DNA of 64,000 nucleotides from Chloroflexota bacterium (GCA_027310565.1 DAIDAP010000016.1:25017-89016), one strand, 5' to 3'. Numbered from the stretch's first letter, positions 18,623-28,749 are shown. The notes: generated by a model not told the origin, from the sequence alone. Made by a program: numbers and translations.

Positions 18623-19837
18623 ATGGCGCAGTCGTTCGCGGCGGCCGAGCGCGTCCTCTTCACCAGCGAGTCCGTGACCGAGGGGCACCCGGACAAGCTC
18701 TGTGACCAGGTGTCCGACGCCATGCTCGACGAATGCCTGCGCCAGGATCCGAACGCGCGCGTCGCGTGCGAGACCGCGACGACGACCGGAACGATCCTCG
18801 TGTGCGGCGAGATCACCACGAGCGCGTGGGTCGACGTGCCGACGCTCGTCCGCGACGTCGTGAAGCAGGTCGGGTACACGAACGCCGAGTACGGCTTCGA
18901 CTACCACTCCTGCGGCGTGCTCACCGCCATCAAGGAGCAGTCGACGGAGATCGCGCAGGGCGTCGACGAGTCGCTCGAGGCGCGAGCCGGGATCGATCCG
19001 CACGAGCTCGGCGCGGGCGACCAGGGGATGATGTTCGGGTTCGCGGTGCGCGAGACCCCCGAGCTCATGCCCCTGCCGATCACCCTCGCGCACGCCGTGG
19101 CGAAGGAGCTGGCCGCGGCGCGGAAGACCGAGCGCGTGCCCTACCTGCGCCCCGACGGCAAGTCCCAGGTCACCGTCGAGTACGTCCGTGGCACGCCCCG
19201 GCGCGTGCACACCGTCGTCGTCGCCGCGCAGCACGATCCGGACGTCGCGCGGGAGCGCATCGCGCACGACGTCCGCGAGATCGTCGTGAAGCGGGCGATC
19301 CCGGCGGAGTGGCTCGACGAGCGCACGAAGTACCTCGTGAACGGCACCGGGTCGTTCACCGTCGGCGGTCCGATGGGCGACGCCGGCCTCACCGGCCGCA
19401 AGATCATCGTCGACACCTACGGCGGGTATGCCCGCCACGGCGGCGGCGCGTTCAGCGGCAAGGATCCGACGAAGGTCGATCGCTCCGGGGCGTACGCCGC
19501 GCGGTACGTGGCGAAGAACGTCGTCGCGGCGGGGCTCGCCGAGCGCATCGAGGTCCAGATCGCGTACGTGATCGGCGGGGCGCGGCCCATCTCGCTCAAC
19601 GTGGAGACGTTCGGGACCGGCGCGATCGCCGACGAGCGGATCCGGGCGCTCGTCGACGAGCACTTCGACTTCCGCCCCGGCGCGATCATCGAGCGCTTCG
19701 CGCTCCGCCGCCCGCTCTACCGGCAGATCGCCGCGTACGGCCACTTCGGCCGCCCGGAGCTCGACCTGCCGTGGGAGCGCACGGACCTCGCCCCGGCCCT
19801 CGCGCGCGCAGCCGGAGCGAAGGCGGCGCTCGCCTAG
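18623..19837 (+). CDS. metK: S-adenosylmethionine synthetase
   Basis: [52 protein letters not shown]. Confidence 0.98.
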   Translation: MAQSFAAAERVLFTSESVTEGHPDKLCDQVSDAMLDECLRQDPNARVACETATTTGTILVCGEITTSAWVDVPTLVRDVVKQVGYTNAEYGFDYHSCGVLTAIKEQSTEIAQGVDESLEARAGIDPHELGAGDQGMMFGFAVRETPELMPLPITLAHAVAKELAAARKTERVPYLRPDGKSQVTVEYVRGTPRRVHTVVVAAQHDPDVARERIAHDVREIVVKRAIPAEWLDERTKYLVNGTGSFTVGGPMGDAGLTGRKIIVDTYGGYARHGGGAFSGKDPTKVDRSGAYAARYVAKNVVAAGLAERIEVQIAYVIGGARPISLNVETFGTGAIADERIRALVDEHFDFRPGAIIERFALRRPLYRQIAAYGHFGRPELDLPWERTDLAPALARAAGAKAALA

Positions 19838-19924
19838 CTCCCCGCGCTCGGCTCTCCGGCGGCGCGGTACGCGTCTTGCGACAGAGGGCCTCGACCTCAC
19901 CCGAAGGGGAAAGGAGCGGCCCTC

Positions 19925-20590
19925 ATGGAGCGAACCAACGTCGTCATCGACCGGCCGGCCACGTCGTGGGGCGCGGTGCTGGGCGGCTGGGTCGCGACGA
20001 TTGGCGCATCGGTGATCTTCGCCCCGCTCGTCGCGGGGCTGATCGCGGCGGCGCTCGGCGCGCCGCCGACCGCGAACGACCTGGCGCTCGGCGTGCCCGT
20101 GGTCCTCGGTCTCTTGCTCTCGTACATCGTCGGTGGGTACGTCGCCGGGCGCATGGCGGGATACCGCACGAGCTGGCACGGGCTCATGACCGCGTTCTGG
20201 AGCCTCTTCGTGCTCCTCGTCCTCGCGCTGCTCGGAGCGGCCGCGCGCAGCGGCACGCTCGCGCCGATCGGCGTGGGCGACGGCACGGACCTCGCGCCGG
20301 GCCTGCGTGACCTCGATCTCTACGCGTATGGCGACGCGCTGACGTTCGGCGCGATCCTCGGCTTCCTCGCGGCGATCTTCGGCGGATGGCTCGGTGGCGT
20401 GCTCGCCCCGTCGCACGCCGCGGCGGTGATCACCGCTCCCAGGCGCGAGCCTCCGGTGGTCGTCGAGCGGCCGCGACCGGCGCAGCCCGCCTACGCGCGG
20501 AAGGGCGGCGAGCCCGCCAAGCCCGTGGCCGCGGACGAGGCTCGAGCGACGCGCGCCGGCCGCGACGTGGAGGACGAGCGCGACATGTAG
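19925..20590 (+). CDS. Hypothetical 4-TM membrane protein
   Basis: AAGGAG SD; SWGAVLGG, GGYVAGRMAG and HGL motifs; hydrophilic C-tail. Confidence 0.75.
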   Translation: MERTNVVIDRPATSWGAVLGGWVATIGASVIFAPLVAGLIAAALGAPPTANDLALGVPVVLGLLLSYIVGGYVAGRMAGYRTSWHGLMTAFWSLFVLLVLALLGAAARSGTLAPIGVGDGTDLAPGLRDLDLYAYGDALTFGAILGFLAAIFGGWLGGVLAPSHAAAVITAPRREPPVVVERPRPAQPAYARKGGEPAKPVAADEARATRAGRDVEDERDM

Positions 20591-20621
20591 CCGACTGGAC
20601 ACGGCGCCGACACGGCGAGGC

Positions 20622-20648
20622 AGGGCGGTCCGCACGGGCCGCCCTTTC
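20622..20648 (+). terminator. Putative intrinsic terminator
   Basis: AGGGCGGTCC-gcac-GGGCCGCCCT-TTC after the stop at 20590. Confidence 0.55.
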
Positions 20649-20722
20649 GTTATGTGGAAACGCTGAGCCTGCGCGAGAGCGCCGTCGTATCGTCGCATCG
20701 ACCATCGCGTCGGGAGGGAACC

Positions 20723-22330
20723 ATGCGTCCACCGCGTCCATCCGTCGTCGCGGTCCTCGGGGCACTGGCGATCGTGTTCGGGGCGTGTGCCTCCCCGACG
20801 ACACCATCGCCGTCCGGCACCGGCGCGGCGGGGAGCCCGGCAGCGAGCGCTGCGAAGGGCAACTACGGCGGCACCGTCACGTTCGCGCTCGAGAACGACG
20901 TCAGCAACCTCGATCCCATGCTGTCGGGCCTCTTCGTCGACCGGAACATCCAGTACGCGCTCTACGACTCGCTGGTGAAGGTCGACACGAAGGGCAACCT
21001 CAAACCGGGTCTCGCGACGAAGTGGACCACGTCCGCCGACGGGAAGACGATCACGTTCGATCTTCGTCAGGGCGTGAAGTACCAGGACGGCACCCCGTTC
21101 GACGCGGAATCCGTGAAGTGGAACATCGAACGGTACAAGTCCAAGGACTCGCGCCGCACGGCCGAGCTCGCACCCGTCGACAGCGTCGAGGTCGTCACCC
21201 CGACGCAGGTCAAGTTCAATCTGAAGGCCGCGTTCGCTCCCCTGCTCGGGGCGCTGGTCGACCGCGCGGGCATGATGGTCAGCAAGGCCGTCGTGGATGC
21301 GCTGGGCAAGGACTTCACCCTCAAGCCGTTCAAGGCCGGGACCGGCCCGTTCATCCTCACCGAGGCCGTGAAGGGCGACCGCTACACGCTCGAGCGCAAC
21401 CCCAACTACTGGGACAAGGACGCCGCCGGCAACCAGCTGCCGTTCCTCGACAAGATCATCGTGAAGCCGATCGAGGACGCGAACGTCCGGCTCACCAACC
21501 TTCGCACCGGCGACGCGCAGATCCTGAACAACGTCCCGGGCAAGGACGTCGCGTCGGTGAAGGCCGACCCGACGCTGACCTACCAGCAGGTCGGCTCGTT
21601 CTCGTGGAACAGCATGATCCCGAACGAGTCCGCGGGCTTCGTGTTCAACGAGAAGCGCTACGTGAAGGCCGTCGCGATGGCGATCGATCGGCAGGAGATC
21701 CTCGACAAGGGCCCGGCGCAGGGCGTCGGCCTGGTGGGCTACGGCCCCATCTCCCCCGCGCAGTTCGGCTATGACGACAGCTTCAAACCGTGGCCGAAGG
21801 CGGATCCGGAGGGCGCGAAGAAGCTCGTCGCCGAGGTCGGCAAGGGCCCGCTGAAGTTCGAGCTGCTCGTGTCATCGGGCGACCCGAACACGCTTCAGCT
21901 CGCGCAGCTCATCCAGGACCAGTTGAAGAAGGCCGATATCCAGATGGACATCAAGACGATGCTCTTCAACGACATCGTCACGCTCCAGCAGCAGAAGAAG
22001 CACACCGGAATGACCCTCATCGGATGGAGCGGACGGCTCGATCCCGACGGCAACTCCTACGACTTCGTGGTGACGGGATCGCCCAACAACGATTCGGCGT
22101 ACTCGAACAAGCAGGTCGACGACCTCATGCAGCAGCAGCGCGTCGAGTCGGATCCGGCGAAGCGCGCCAAGCTGCTGCAGCAGGCGCAGCAGATCTACGT
22201 CGTGGACGACCCCGCACGCGTCTGGTTCCAGTTCGGCGTGTCGCCTCTGCTCACGGTGAAGAAGCTCACCGGCATGCAGTCGTACCCCGACCGTATCCCG
22301 CGGTTCGAGAGCGCACAGCTGGCGAAGTAG
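20723..22330 (+). CDS. Peptide/nickel ABC transporter substrate-binding lipoprotein (family 5)
   Basis: GGGAGG SD, lipobox FGAC, LDP, LRQGVKYQDGTPFDAESVKWN, GTGPF, LERNPNYW. Confidence 0.93.
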   Translation: MRPPRPSVVAVLGALAIVFGACASPTTPSPSGTGAAGSPAASAAKGNYGGTVTFALENDVSNLDPMLSGLFVDRNIQYALYDSLVKVDTKGNLKPGLATKWTTSADGKTITFDLRQGVKYQDGTPFDAESVKWNIERYKSKDSRRTAELAPVDSVEVVTPTQVKFNLKAAFAPLLGALVDRAGMMVSKAVVDALGKDFTLKPFKAGTGPFILTEAVKGDRYTLERNPNYWDKDAAGNQLPFLDKIIVKPIEDANVRLTNLRTGDAQILNNVPGKDVASVKADPTLTYQQVGSFSWNSMIPNESAGFVFNEKRYVKAVAMAIDRQEILDKGPAQGVGLVGYGPISPAQFGYDDSFKPWPKADPEGAKKLVAEVGKGPLKFELLVSSGDPNTLQLAQLIQDQLKKADIQMDIKTMLFNDIVTLQQQKKHTGMTLIGWSGRLDPDGNSYDFVVTGSPNNDSAYSNKQVDDLMQQQRVESDPAKRAKLLQQAQQIYVVDDPARVWFQFGVSPLLTVKKLTGMQSYPDRIPRFESAQLAK

Positions 22331-22363
22331 ACACCACGTCGTGGTGAGAGCGAGGGCGACGGA

Positions 22364-23326
22364 GTGATCTCATACATCCTCCGTCGCCTCGTGCTCATGA
22401 TCCCGGTCGCGCTCCTGGTGACCATGGGCGTCTTCGCGATCGCGCGCCTCTCGCCCGCCGATCCCGCGCTCGTCTTCGCCGGCGAGGAGCGCGACCCCGC
22501 GGTCCTCGCGAGCATCCGTCGCGAGCTCGGTCTCGATCAACCGCTGCCGATCCAGTACATCGCCTGGCTCGGCCGCGCCCTCCAGGGCGACCTGGGGCGC
22601 TCGTTCCAGACCCAGCAGCCGGTGCTCGAGGCCATCGCGCAGCGGCTGCCGGCCACGTTCGAGCTCGGCATCGCCGCGCTCACGATCTCGATCACGCTCG
22701 CCCTGGTCATCGGAACGCTCTCAGCGGTCAAGCGCAACTCGGTCGTCGATCTCCTCTCGACGAGCGTCACGCTCATGGGCGTGTCGTTCCCGTCGTTCTT
22801 CCTCGGCATCCTCCTGATCATGCTGTTCGCGTACGTCGTGCCCGGCCGGATCTTCCCGCCGGGTGGCTTCGTGCCGATCACCGACGACCCCGGCGAGAAC
22901 CTGCGGCGCCTCGTCCTCCCCGCGATCACGCTCGCGACCGGGACGCTCGCGGTGAACCTGCGTCAGGTGCGCTCCAGCCTGCTCGACGTGTTCGGCCAGG
23001 AGTACGTCCGCACCGCGCGGGCGAAGGGGCTCGGCGAGCGCGCCGTGGTCGTGCGGCACGCGCTGAAGAACGCGCTCATCCCGGTCGTGACGCTCATCGG
23101 CATCCAGATCGGCGCCATCATCGAGGGCGCCTTCATCACCGAGACGATCTTCTTCTGGCCGGGGATCGGCCGTCTGGCCGTCCAGGCCATTCCGTCTCAG
23201 GATTACCCGGTGGTGCAGGGCGTCGTTCTCATCTCCGCGTTCTCGTTCATGGTCAGCACGCTGCTCGTCGACGTGCTGTACGCCTGGATCGATCCGCGCA
23301 TCTCGTACGGCCGGGTCCGCGACTGA
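22364..23326 (+). CDS. Peptide ABC transporter permease (DppB/OppB-like)
   Basis: YILRRL, LGLDQPLPIQY, GDLGRS, EAA loop YVRTARAKGL, DYPVVQG. Confidence 0.93.
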   Translation: MISYILRRLVLMIPVALLVTMGVFAIARLSPADPALVFAGEERDPAVLASIRRELGLDQPLPIQYIAWLGRALQGDLGRSFQTQQPVLEAIAQRLPATFELGIAALTISITLALVIGTLSAVKRNSVVDLLSTSVTLMGVSFPSFFLGILLIMLFAYVVPGRIFPPGGFVPITDDPGENLRRLVLPAITLATGTLAVNLRQVRSSLLDVFGQEYVRTARAKGLGERAVVVRHALKNALIPVVTLIGIQIGAIIEGAFITETIFFWPGIGRLAVQAIPSQDYPVVQGVVLISAFSFMVSTLLVDVLYAWIDPRISYGRVRD

Positions 23327-24216
23327 TGGCCGACACCGCCGTCCCGATCGTCATCCGGCGTCCCACCGAGGATCGCGTCGGGGCCGTCCTGTTCTTCCTG
23401 CGGCGCAACCCGCGGATGATCATCGGTGGCGCCATCGTCCTCGCGTGGCTGGCCGCCGCTGCGTTCGCGCCGTGGATCGCGCCGTACGACCCGATCAAGC
23501 AGAACGTGTCCGAGGCGCTGCTTCCGCCGAGCTTGCGCCACTGGCTCGGCACCGACGACCTCGGCCGCGACGTGCTCTCGCGCGTGATGTGGGGCGGGCG
23601 CGTCAGCCTCTCCGTCGGCGTGATCTCGGTGTCGATCGGGCTGTTCGTCGGCACGACGCTCGGACTGGTCGCCGGTTACCTGGGCGGGAAGTACGACCTC
23701 CTCATCATGCGCGGCATCGACGCACTCCTCGCGTTCCCCGCGCTCGTCCTCGCGATCGCCATCACCTCGTCGCTTGGTCCGCAGATCCAGAACGCGATGA
23801 TCGCCATCGGCATCGTCGCCATCCCCGCCTACGCGCGGCTCACGCGCGGGCAGGTCCTCGCGGTCCGCGCGCGCGAGTACATCGTCGCCGCGCGGACGAT
23901 CGGAGCGAAGCCGCTCCGCATCGTGTTGCGGCACGTCCTCCCGAACGTCATGAACGCGCTCATCGTGCAGGCGACGCTCTCGACCGCGTTCGCGATCCTC
24001 GCCGAGGCCGCGCTCTCGTTCCTCGGTCTCGGCCCGCAGCCGCCGTACCCCTCGTGGGGCCAGGACATCAGCTACTCGACACGCTACCTCCCGAACCTCA
24101 AGTGGTGGATGAGCGTGGGCCCCGGCATGGCGATCTTCACCGCGGTATTCGCGTTCAACTTCCTGGGCGACGCACTGCGTGACGCGATCGACCCGCGTCT
24201 GCGGCGGAGCGGGTAG
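23326..24216 (+). CDS. Peptide ABC transporter permease (DppC/OppC-like)
   Basis: HWLGTDDLGRDVLSR, EYIVAARTIGA, HVLPN, NFLGDALRDAIDPR. Confidence 0.93.
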   Translation: MADTAVPIVIRRPTEDRVGAVLFFLRRNPRMIIGGAIVLAWLAAAAFAPWIAPYDPIKQNVSEALLPPSLRHWLGTDDLGRDVLSRVMWGGRVSLSVGVISVSIGLFVGTTLGLVAGYLGGKYDLLIMRGIDALLAFPALVLAIAITSSLGPQIQNAMIAIGIVAIPAYARLTRGQVLAVRAREYIVAARTIGAKPLRIVLRHVLPNVMNALIVQATLSTAFAILAEAALSFLGLGPQPPYPSWGQDISYSTRYLPNLKWWMSVGPGMAIFTAVFAFNFLGDALRDAIDPRLRRSG

Positions 24217-24319
24217 CGGTTCAGAGGCGCTGAGCCGACGAGTACCCAAGTACTAGGCGTCCGTGCCCCCGATCGGGGACTGGCGCCGTCCGCGAGCGGT
24301 GCTACTCCGGTAGCCGAAC

Positions 24320-24772
24320 ATGCACGTGAGCCAGGTCGCATACGACCGCTTCCTGGTGGAGCTCCCGCCCGCCGACGCCGAGTGGCGCCCGCTCGCGGAC
24401 CCGGAGACCATCAGCGAGACGGCCTCGTGGCTCTGGGAGTTCGGACCGACGCCGCTCATGGCGGTCGTCGGGTTCGACGGGGCCGCTCCGTCCTGGATCG
24501 CGTCGTGGTCGCCGCGTCAGGTGAGCTGGGCACCGGCGGGTGCGCCCTCCGGCGCCGCGGTCGTCCTGCGCACGCAGTCGGACCTCGAACGCTTCCTCGC
24601 CGCGGGCGCCCCGCACGAGCGCACCGTGCTCCTGTGGCCGCGCATCTCCGAGGCGAAGACGTTCGAGACCCTGATGGCCGGCGGCGCCGCGTGGCTGCGC
24701 GTCGTCGACGCCCATGCGCGCATCTCACGCAACGGCGAGGTCTTCGAGATCGAGCAGGTCAGCCCGGCCTGA
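24320..24772 (+). CDS. Hypothetical protein
   Basis: 150-aa ORF with normal GC3-biased codons filling the gap; no family recognised. Confidence 0.7.
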   Translation: MHVSQVAYDRFLVELPPADAEWRPLADPETISETASWLWEFGPTPLMAVVGFDGAAPSWIASWSPRQVSWAPAGAPSGAAVVLRTQSDLERFLAAGAPHERTVLLWPRISEAKTFETLMAGGAAWLRVVDAHARISRNGEVFEIEQVSPA

Positions 24773-24781
24773 CCCCGCGCG

Positions 24782-25630
24782 TCAGCCTCCCGTCTTCCGC
24801 GAGCGCTCCCGCGCGTCCGCGCCCAGCTCGCGCGTGCGCAGGTACGCCGCGTGGACCGCGCGGCTGAGGACCGTGCGCATGGTGCCCTTCTCGAGCTCGT
24901 AGATCGCCGCCGCGCTCGTGCCGCCGGGAGACGTCACCATGTTGCGCAGCTCGGCGAGGTGGCGGCCGCTCCGCCGCGCGAACGCCGCGGAGCCCTCCAC
25001 GGTGCGCAGCACGAGCTCTTCCGCGACGCGGCGCGAGAAGCCGAGGTGCACGCCGGCGTCGACGAGCGCCTCCATGAGCAGGAAGACGTAGGTGGGGCCG
25101 GTCCCCGACAGCGCGGTCGCCATGTCGACGTAGATCTCGTCCTCCACCGCGAGCTCCTCGCCGAGCGCGGCGAGGATCGCCTTCGCGCGGTCGCGCTGCT
25201 CGCGGTCCACCGCGTCGGTCGCGACCCAGGCGGTGACACCCATGCCGATCTGCGCGGGCGTGTTCGGCATCGCGCGCACGAGCGCGGCGTGGTCGAGCCC
25301 CTCGCGCAGCACGGCGAGCGGCGCGCCGGCGACGATGGAGATGACGAGCGCGTCGTCGCGCAGGTGACCGCGGAGCTCATCGAGCACTCCGGGGAGCACC
25401 TGCGGCTTCACGCTCAGGATGACGACGTGCGCCTCGCGCGCCGCCTCGGTGTTCGACGCGAGCGCCTTCACGCCGAACGTCTTGGCGAGCTCGGCGCGCC
25501 GCTCGCGCCGCGGGCCGGTGACGATGACGTGCGAGGGCGGCACGAGGTGGCGCTCGAGCAGGCCGCGGATCATCGCCTCGGCCATCACCCCTCCGCCGAT
25601 GAACGCGACGCGCTTCCCGTCGAGCGGCAT
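24782..25630 (-). CDS. proC: Pyrroline-5-carboxylate reductase
   Basis: FIGGGVMAEA, SVKPQ, RAMPNTP, ALSGTGP, VTSPGGTS. Confidence 0.96.
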   Translation of the reverse strand: MPLDGKRVAFIGGGVMAEAMIRGLLERHLVPPSHVIVTGPRRERRAELAKTFGVKALASNTEAAREAHVVILSVKPQVLPGVLDELRGHLRDDALVISIVAGAPLAVLREGLDHAALVRAMPNTPAQIGMGVTAWVATDAVDREQRDRAKAILAALGEELAVEDEIYVDMATALSGTGPTYVFLLMEALVDAGVHLGFSRRVAEELVLRTVEGSAAFARRSGRHLAELRNMVTSPGGTSAAAIYELEKGTMRTVLSRAVHAAYLRTRELGADARERSRKTGG

Positions 25631-25637
25631 CCGCCGA

Positions 25638-26399
25638 TTATCGCGGCGCGACGCGCAGGAGGTCGCCCTCGGCGAACACGGCGCGCGCGTCGATGCCGAG
25701 CGACCGGTACGCCTCGGGCGGGATGCCGATGTCGGCGAGGACGAGCTCGCCGACCCGGTCACGCGCGGCCGCCGCGAGGAGCCCGGCCTTGGGGAGCCCG
25801 AGCGTGACCGTGAGCGCCGCCGTGACGGCGTCTCCGGGCGCGGCGCCGGTGTCCGGATCGAGGCCCGACGGCAGGTCGACGGCGACGACGGGCCGCGCGC
25901 CGGCCTCGCAGAGCCGGATCGTCCGCGCGATCTCGCCGCGCGGCGCGCCGCGGGCGCTGTAGCCGAGGAGCCCGTCGAGCAGCGCGTCGGCACGCCTCAG
26001 CCGCCCGACGACGGTGCGGTCATCCAGGTCGCGCGTGTCGTGGAGCGGCACGCCCAGCCCGGCGAGGACGTCGTGCTGGAGCGCCGCGAGCGGCCGCAGC
26101 CTCTCGCGCGGCCCGGCGACGTACGCTTCCACGCGGGCGCCCCAGCCGCGCAGGTGCCGCAGCGCGGCGAGCGCGTCGCCCCCGTTGTTCCCCGTGCCGC
26201 AGACGGCGACGACGTCCCTGCCCGCGACGGCCCCGCCGAGGAAGAGCCGTGTCGCGACGGCGACCTGGTGCGCCGCGTTCTCCATGAGCGCCTCGAGCGG
26301 GATGCGGAGCTCCTCCGACGCGACGCGGTCGGCCTCGGCCATCTGCGCCGCGGTCGCTGTCGGGACGTGGCGGACGACCGGGAGCGCGTCGAGCGTCAC
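25638..26399 (-). CDS. nnrE: NAD(P)H-hydrate epimerase (stand-alone YjeF N-domain)
   Basis: LMENAA, CGTGNNGGD, DGLLG, AVDLPSG, LADIGIP. Confidence 0.9.
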   Translation of the reverse strand: MTLDALPVVRHVPTATAAQMAEADRVASEELRIPLEALMENAAHQVAVATRLFLGGAVAGRDVVAVCGTGNNGGDALAALRHLRGWGARVEAYVAGPRERLRPLAALQHDVLAGLGVPLHDTRDLDDRTVVGRLRRADALLDGLLGYSARGAPRGEIARTIRLCEAGARPVVAVDLPSGLDPDTGAAPGDAVTAALTVTLGLPKAGLLAAAARDRVGELVLADIGIPPEAYRSLGIDARAVFAEGDLLRVAPR

Positions 26400-27160
26400 C
26401 GCACCGCCCGGAGCACGACCTTGAGCAGCTGGAAGCTCGCGTCGTCGATGGCGAACGCCGTGCGCGTCGGCGGCGGCGCCGCGCGCAGCATCTCCCGCGC
26501 GCGGCGCGCCTCGGCCTCGGGTGTGCGCGAGCGCGCGAGCCACGGCTCGACCTCGACTCGCCACGTCCCCCGGGTCTCGTCGGTGACGCGCATGCCCGAC
26601 GACTCGATGAGATCGCGCCAGCCCTGCACGGTGTGCTCGCGGACGTGCGTCGGATCGCGCACCGTCTCGAGCGTGTTGATGAAGCGGTCCAGGGACTCGT
26701 CGTCCGGCGCGTAGCTGTCGGAGAGCACGAAGCGGCCGCCGGGCCGCAGCACGCGGCGCACCTCGCGGAACGCGGCGCCGGCGTCGGCGAAGTGGTGCGC
26801 GGCGACGCGGCACGCGACGGCGTCGAACGCGCCGTCGAGGAAGGGGAGCGCCTCCGCCGGCGTCACGACGAGCAGCGCGTTCGCCAGGCCGTCGCGCGCG
26901 AGCAGCGTGCGCGCGCCCTCGAGCATCCCCGGTGTCGCGTCGGCGCCGACGGCGAGCCGTGCGCGCTGCGCGATCCGCCGCAGGGTGTGCCCGACGCCGC
27001 AGCCGAGGTCCAGCACCGCCTCGTCGGGCCGCGGGTCCAGGTAGGCGATGACCTGATCGAGGTCCTCGCCGGCCGCGTGCGTCGGGCTCGAAAGATAGGC
27101 CTCCGCGGCGGTCTGCCAGTGCCGTCGCGTCTCCCGCAGCCGGTCGTCCACCTTCCCCAT
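26396..27160 (-). CDS. Class I SAM-dependent methyltransferase
   Basis: VLDLGCGVG, AEALPFLDGAFD, AHHF, RVLRPGG, RDPTHVR; alternative start GTG 27151. Confidence 0.9.
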   Translation of the reverse strand: MGKVDDRLRETRRHWQTAAEAYLSSPTHAAGEDLDQVIAYLDPRPDEAVLDLGCGVGHTLRRIAQRARLAVGADATPGMLEGARTLLARDGLANALLVVTPAEALPFLDGAFDAVACRVAAHHFADAGAAFREVRRVLRPGGRFVLSDSYAPDDESLDRFINTLETVRDPTHVREHTVQGWRDLIESSGMRVTDETRGTWRVEVEPWLARSRTPEAEARRAREMLRAAPPPTRTAFAIDDASFQLLKVVLRAVR

Positions 27161-27170
27161 ACTGGACCGC

Positions 27171-28004
27171 GTGCGCATCGGGCGCTTCCAGGTCGAGATC
27201 TTCAGCGACGGCATCTTTCGGCTCGACGGCGGCGCGATGTTCGGCGTCGTGCCGAAGGTGCTGTGGGAGAAGCAGAAGCCGGCGGACGAGCTGAACCGCG
27301 TCCCGATGGACATGTGCTGCCTGCTCGTCCGCGACGCGGGTCACGTCGTGCTGGTCGAGACCGGCGCGGGGCCGAAGCTGAGCGACAGGCAGAAGCGCAA
27401 CTTCGGGATCGACGAGCCGCCGCGGCTGCTCGGCGAGCTCGCGCGGCGCGGCGTGCGCCCCGACGAGGTGACGCTCGTCGTCAACACGCACCTGCACTTC
27501 GACCACTGCGGCGGGAACACCTACCGCGACGGCGATCGCGTCGTCGCGACGTTCCCGCGCGCGTCCTACGCGTTCCAGCGGCTCGAGTGGCTCGACGCGA
27601 CGGCGCCCAACGAGCGCACCCGCGCGTCGTACCTCGCCGACGACTTCGCCCCGCTCGAGGCGAGCGGGAAGGTCGAGCTCGTGGACGACGCGGTGGAGAT
27701 CCTCCCGGGCATCCGGCTCGACCGCATCCAGGGCCACACCCGCGGCACGCAGACAGTGCGCGTGTCCGACGGGAGGGAGACGCTCTTCTTCTCGAGCGAC
27801 TTCATGCCCGACCGGCACCACCTCCCGCTCCCGTGGATCCCGTCGCAGGACCTCTACCCGCTCGACACGCTCGCCGCGAAGAAGGTGATCCTCCCGCGCG
27901 CCATCGAGGAGCGCTGGGTGGTGGCGTTCACGCACGACCTGCCGCGCTTCGGCCGCATCAGCGAGCAGGAGGGGAAGTACCGGTTCGACGAGATCGCGGA
28001 GTGA
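27171..28004 (+). CDS. MBL-fold metallo-hydrolase (YtnP-like)
   Basis: FRLDGGAMFGVVPK, THLHFDHCGG, GHT. Confidence 0.9.
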   Translation: MRIGRFQVEIFSDGIFRLDGGAMFGVVPKVLWEKQKPADELNRVPMDMCCLLVRDAGHVVLVETGAGPKLSDRQKRNFGIDEPPRLLGELARRGVRPDEVTLVVNTHLHFDHCGGNTYRDGDRVVATFPRASYAFQRLEWLDATAPNERTRASYLADDFAPLEASGKVELVDDAVEILPGIRLDRIQGHTRGTQTVRVSDGRETLFFSSDFMPDRHHLPLPWIPSQDLYPLDTLAAKKVILPRAIEERWVVAFTHDLPRFGRISEQEGKYRFDEIAE

Positions 28005-28087
28005 CGCGGGCGCTGCCTGGGGGAACCCCGACGGCCGCGACGCTCCGCCACGACGTCGCGACCGGCGAGGTCACCCGCACGGAGTGA
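28001..28087 (+). other. 28-aa bridging mini-ORF or gene remnant
   Basis: GTGA overlaps at both ends (28001-28004 and 28084-28087). Confidence 0.3.
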
Positions 28088-28749
28088 GCATCCGCGTCGC
28101 CCGGTACCTGGACGGCGCGCGCTCGGCGACCGGCGACGCCGTGATCGTCGACGTGTTCCGCGCCTTCACCACCGCCGCGTTCTGTGTCGCGGCCGGCGCG
28201 CGCGAGATCGTGCTCGTCGCCGACCACGAGCGGGCGCTCGCGCTGAAGCGCGACGACCCGTCGCTCTTCCTCACCGGCGAGATCGGCGGGCGCCCCATCC
28301 CCGGGTTCGACGCCGGCAACTCACCCTCGGCGATCGAGCGGCTCGACCTGCGCGGCCGGCGCGTCGTGCAGCGCACCAGCTCCGGCACGCAGGGCGTCGT
28401 CGCCGCCACGGGCGCGCGCCGCATCCTGCTGGGCTCGTTCGTCATCGCCCAAGCGACCGTCCGCGCGCTGCGCGGCGCGACCGAGGTCACCGTCGTCGCG
28501 ATGGGGCACGACGCGACGGCCGAGAGCGAGGAGGACGCGGCGTGCGCCGACTACCTCGCCGCCCGCCTGCGCGGGGAGGCTCCCGACGCCGCCGCGGTCG
28601 TCGCGCGTCTGTGGGCGCGGGAGGACCGCGAGTGGCCGGAGTGGTTCCCGCGCCGCGACGCGGAGCTGGCGTGCGAGGTGGACCGCTTCGACTTCGCGCT
28701 CGCGGTCGCGCGCGAGGGCGATCTGCTCGTCGCGCGGCCGCTCCGCTAG
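28084..28749 (+). CDS. 2-phosphosulfolactate phosphatase family protein (ComB-like)
   Basis: VIVDVFRAFTT, GE, FDAGNSP, RTSSGT, EDAACA. Confidence 0.88.
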   Translation: MSIRVARYLDGARSATGDAVIVDVFRAFTTAAFCVAAGAREIVLVADHERALALKRDDPSLFLTGEIGGRPIPGFDAGNSPSAIERLDLRGRRVVQRTSSGTQGVVAATGARRILLGSFVIAQATVRALRGATEVTVVAMGHDATAESEEDAACADYLAARLRGEAPDAAAVVARLWAREDREWPEWFPRRDAELACEVDRFDFALAVAREGDLLVARPLR

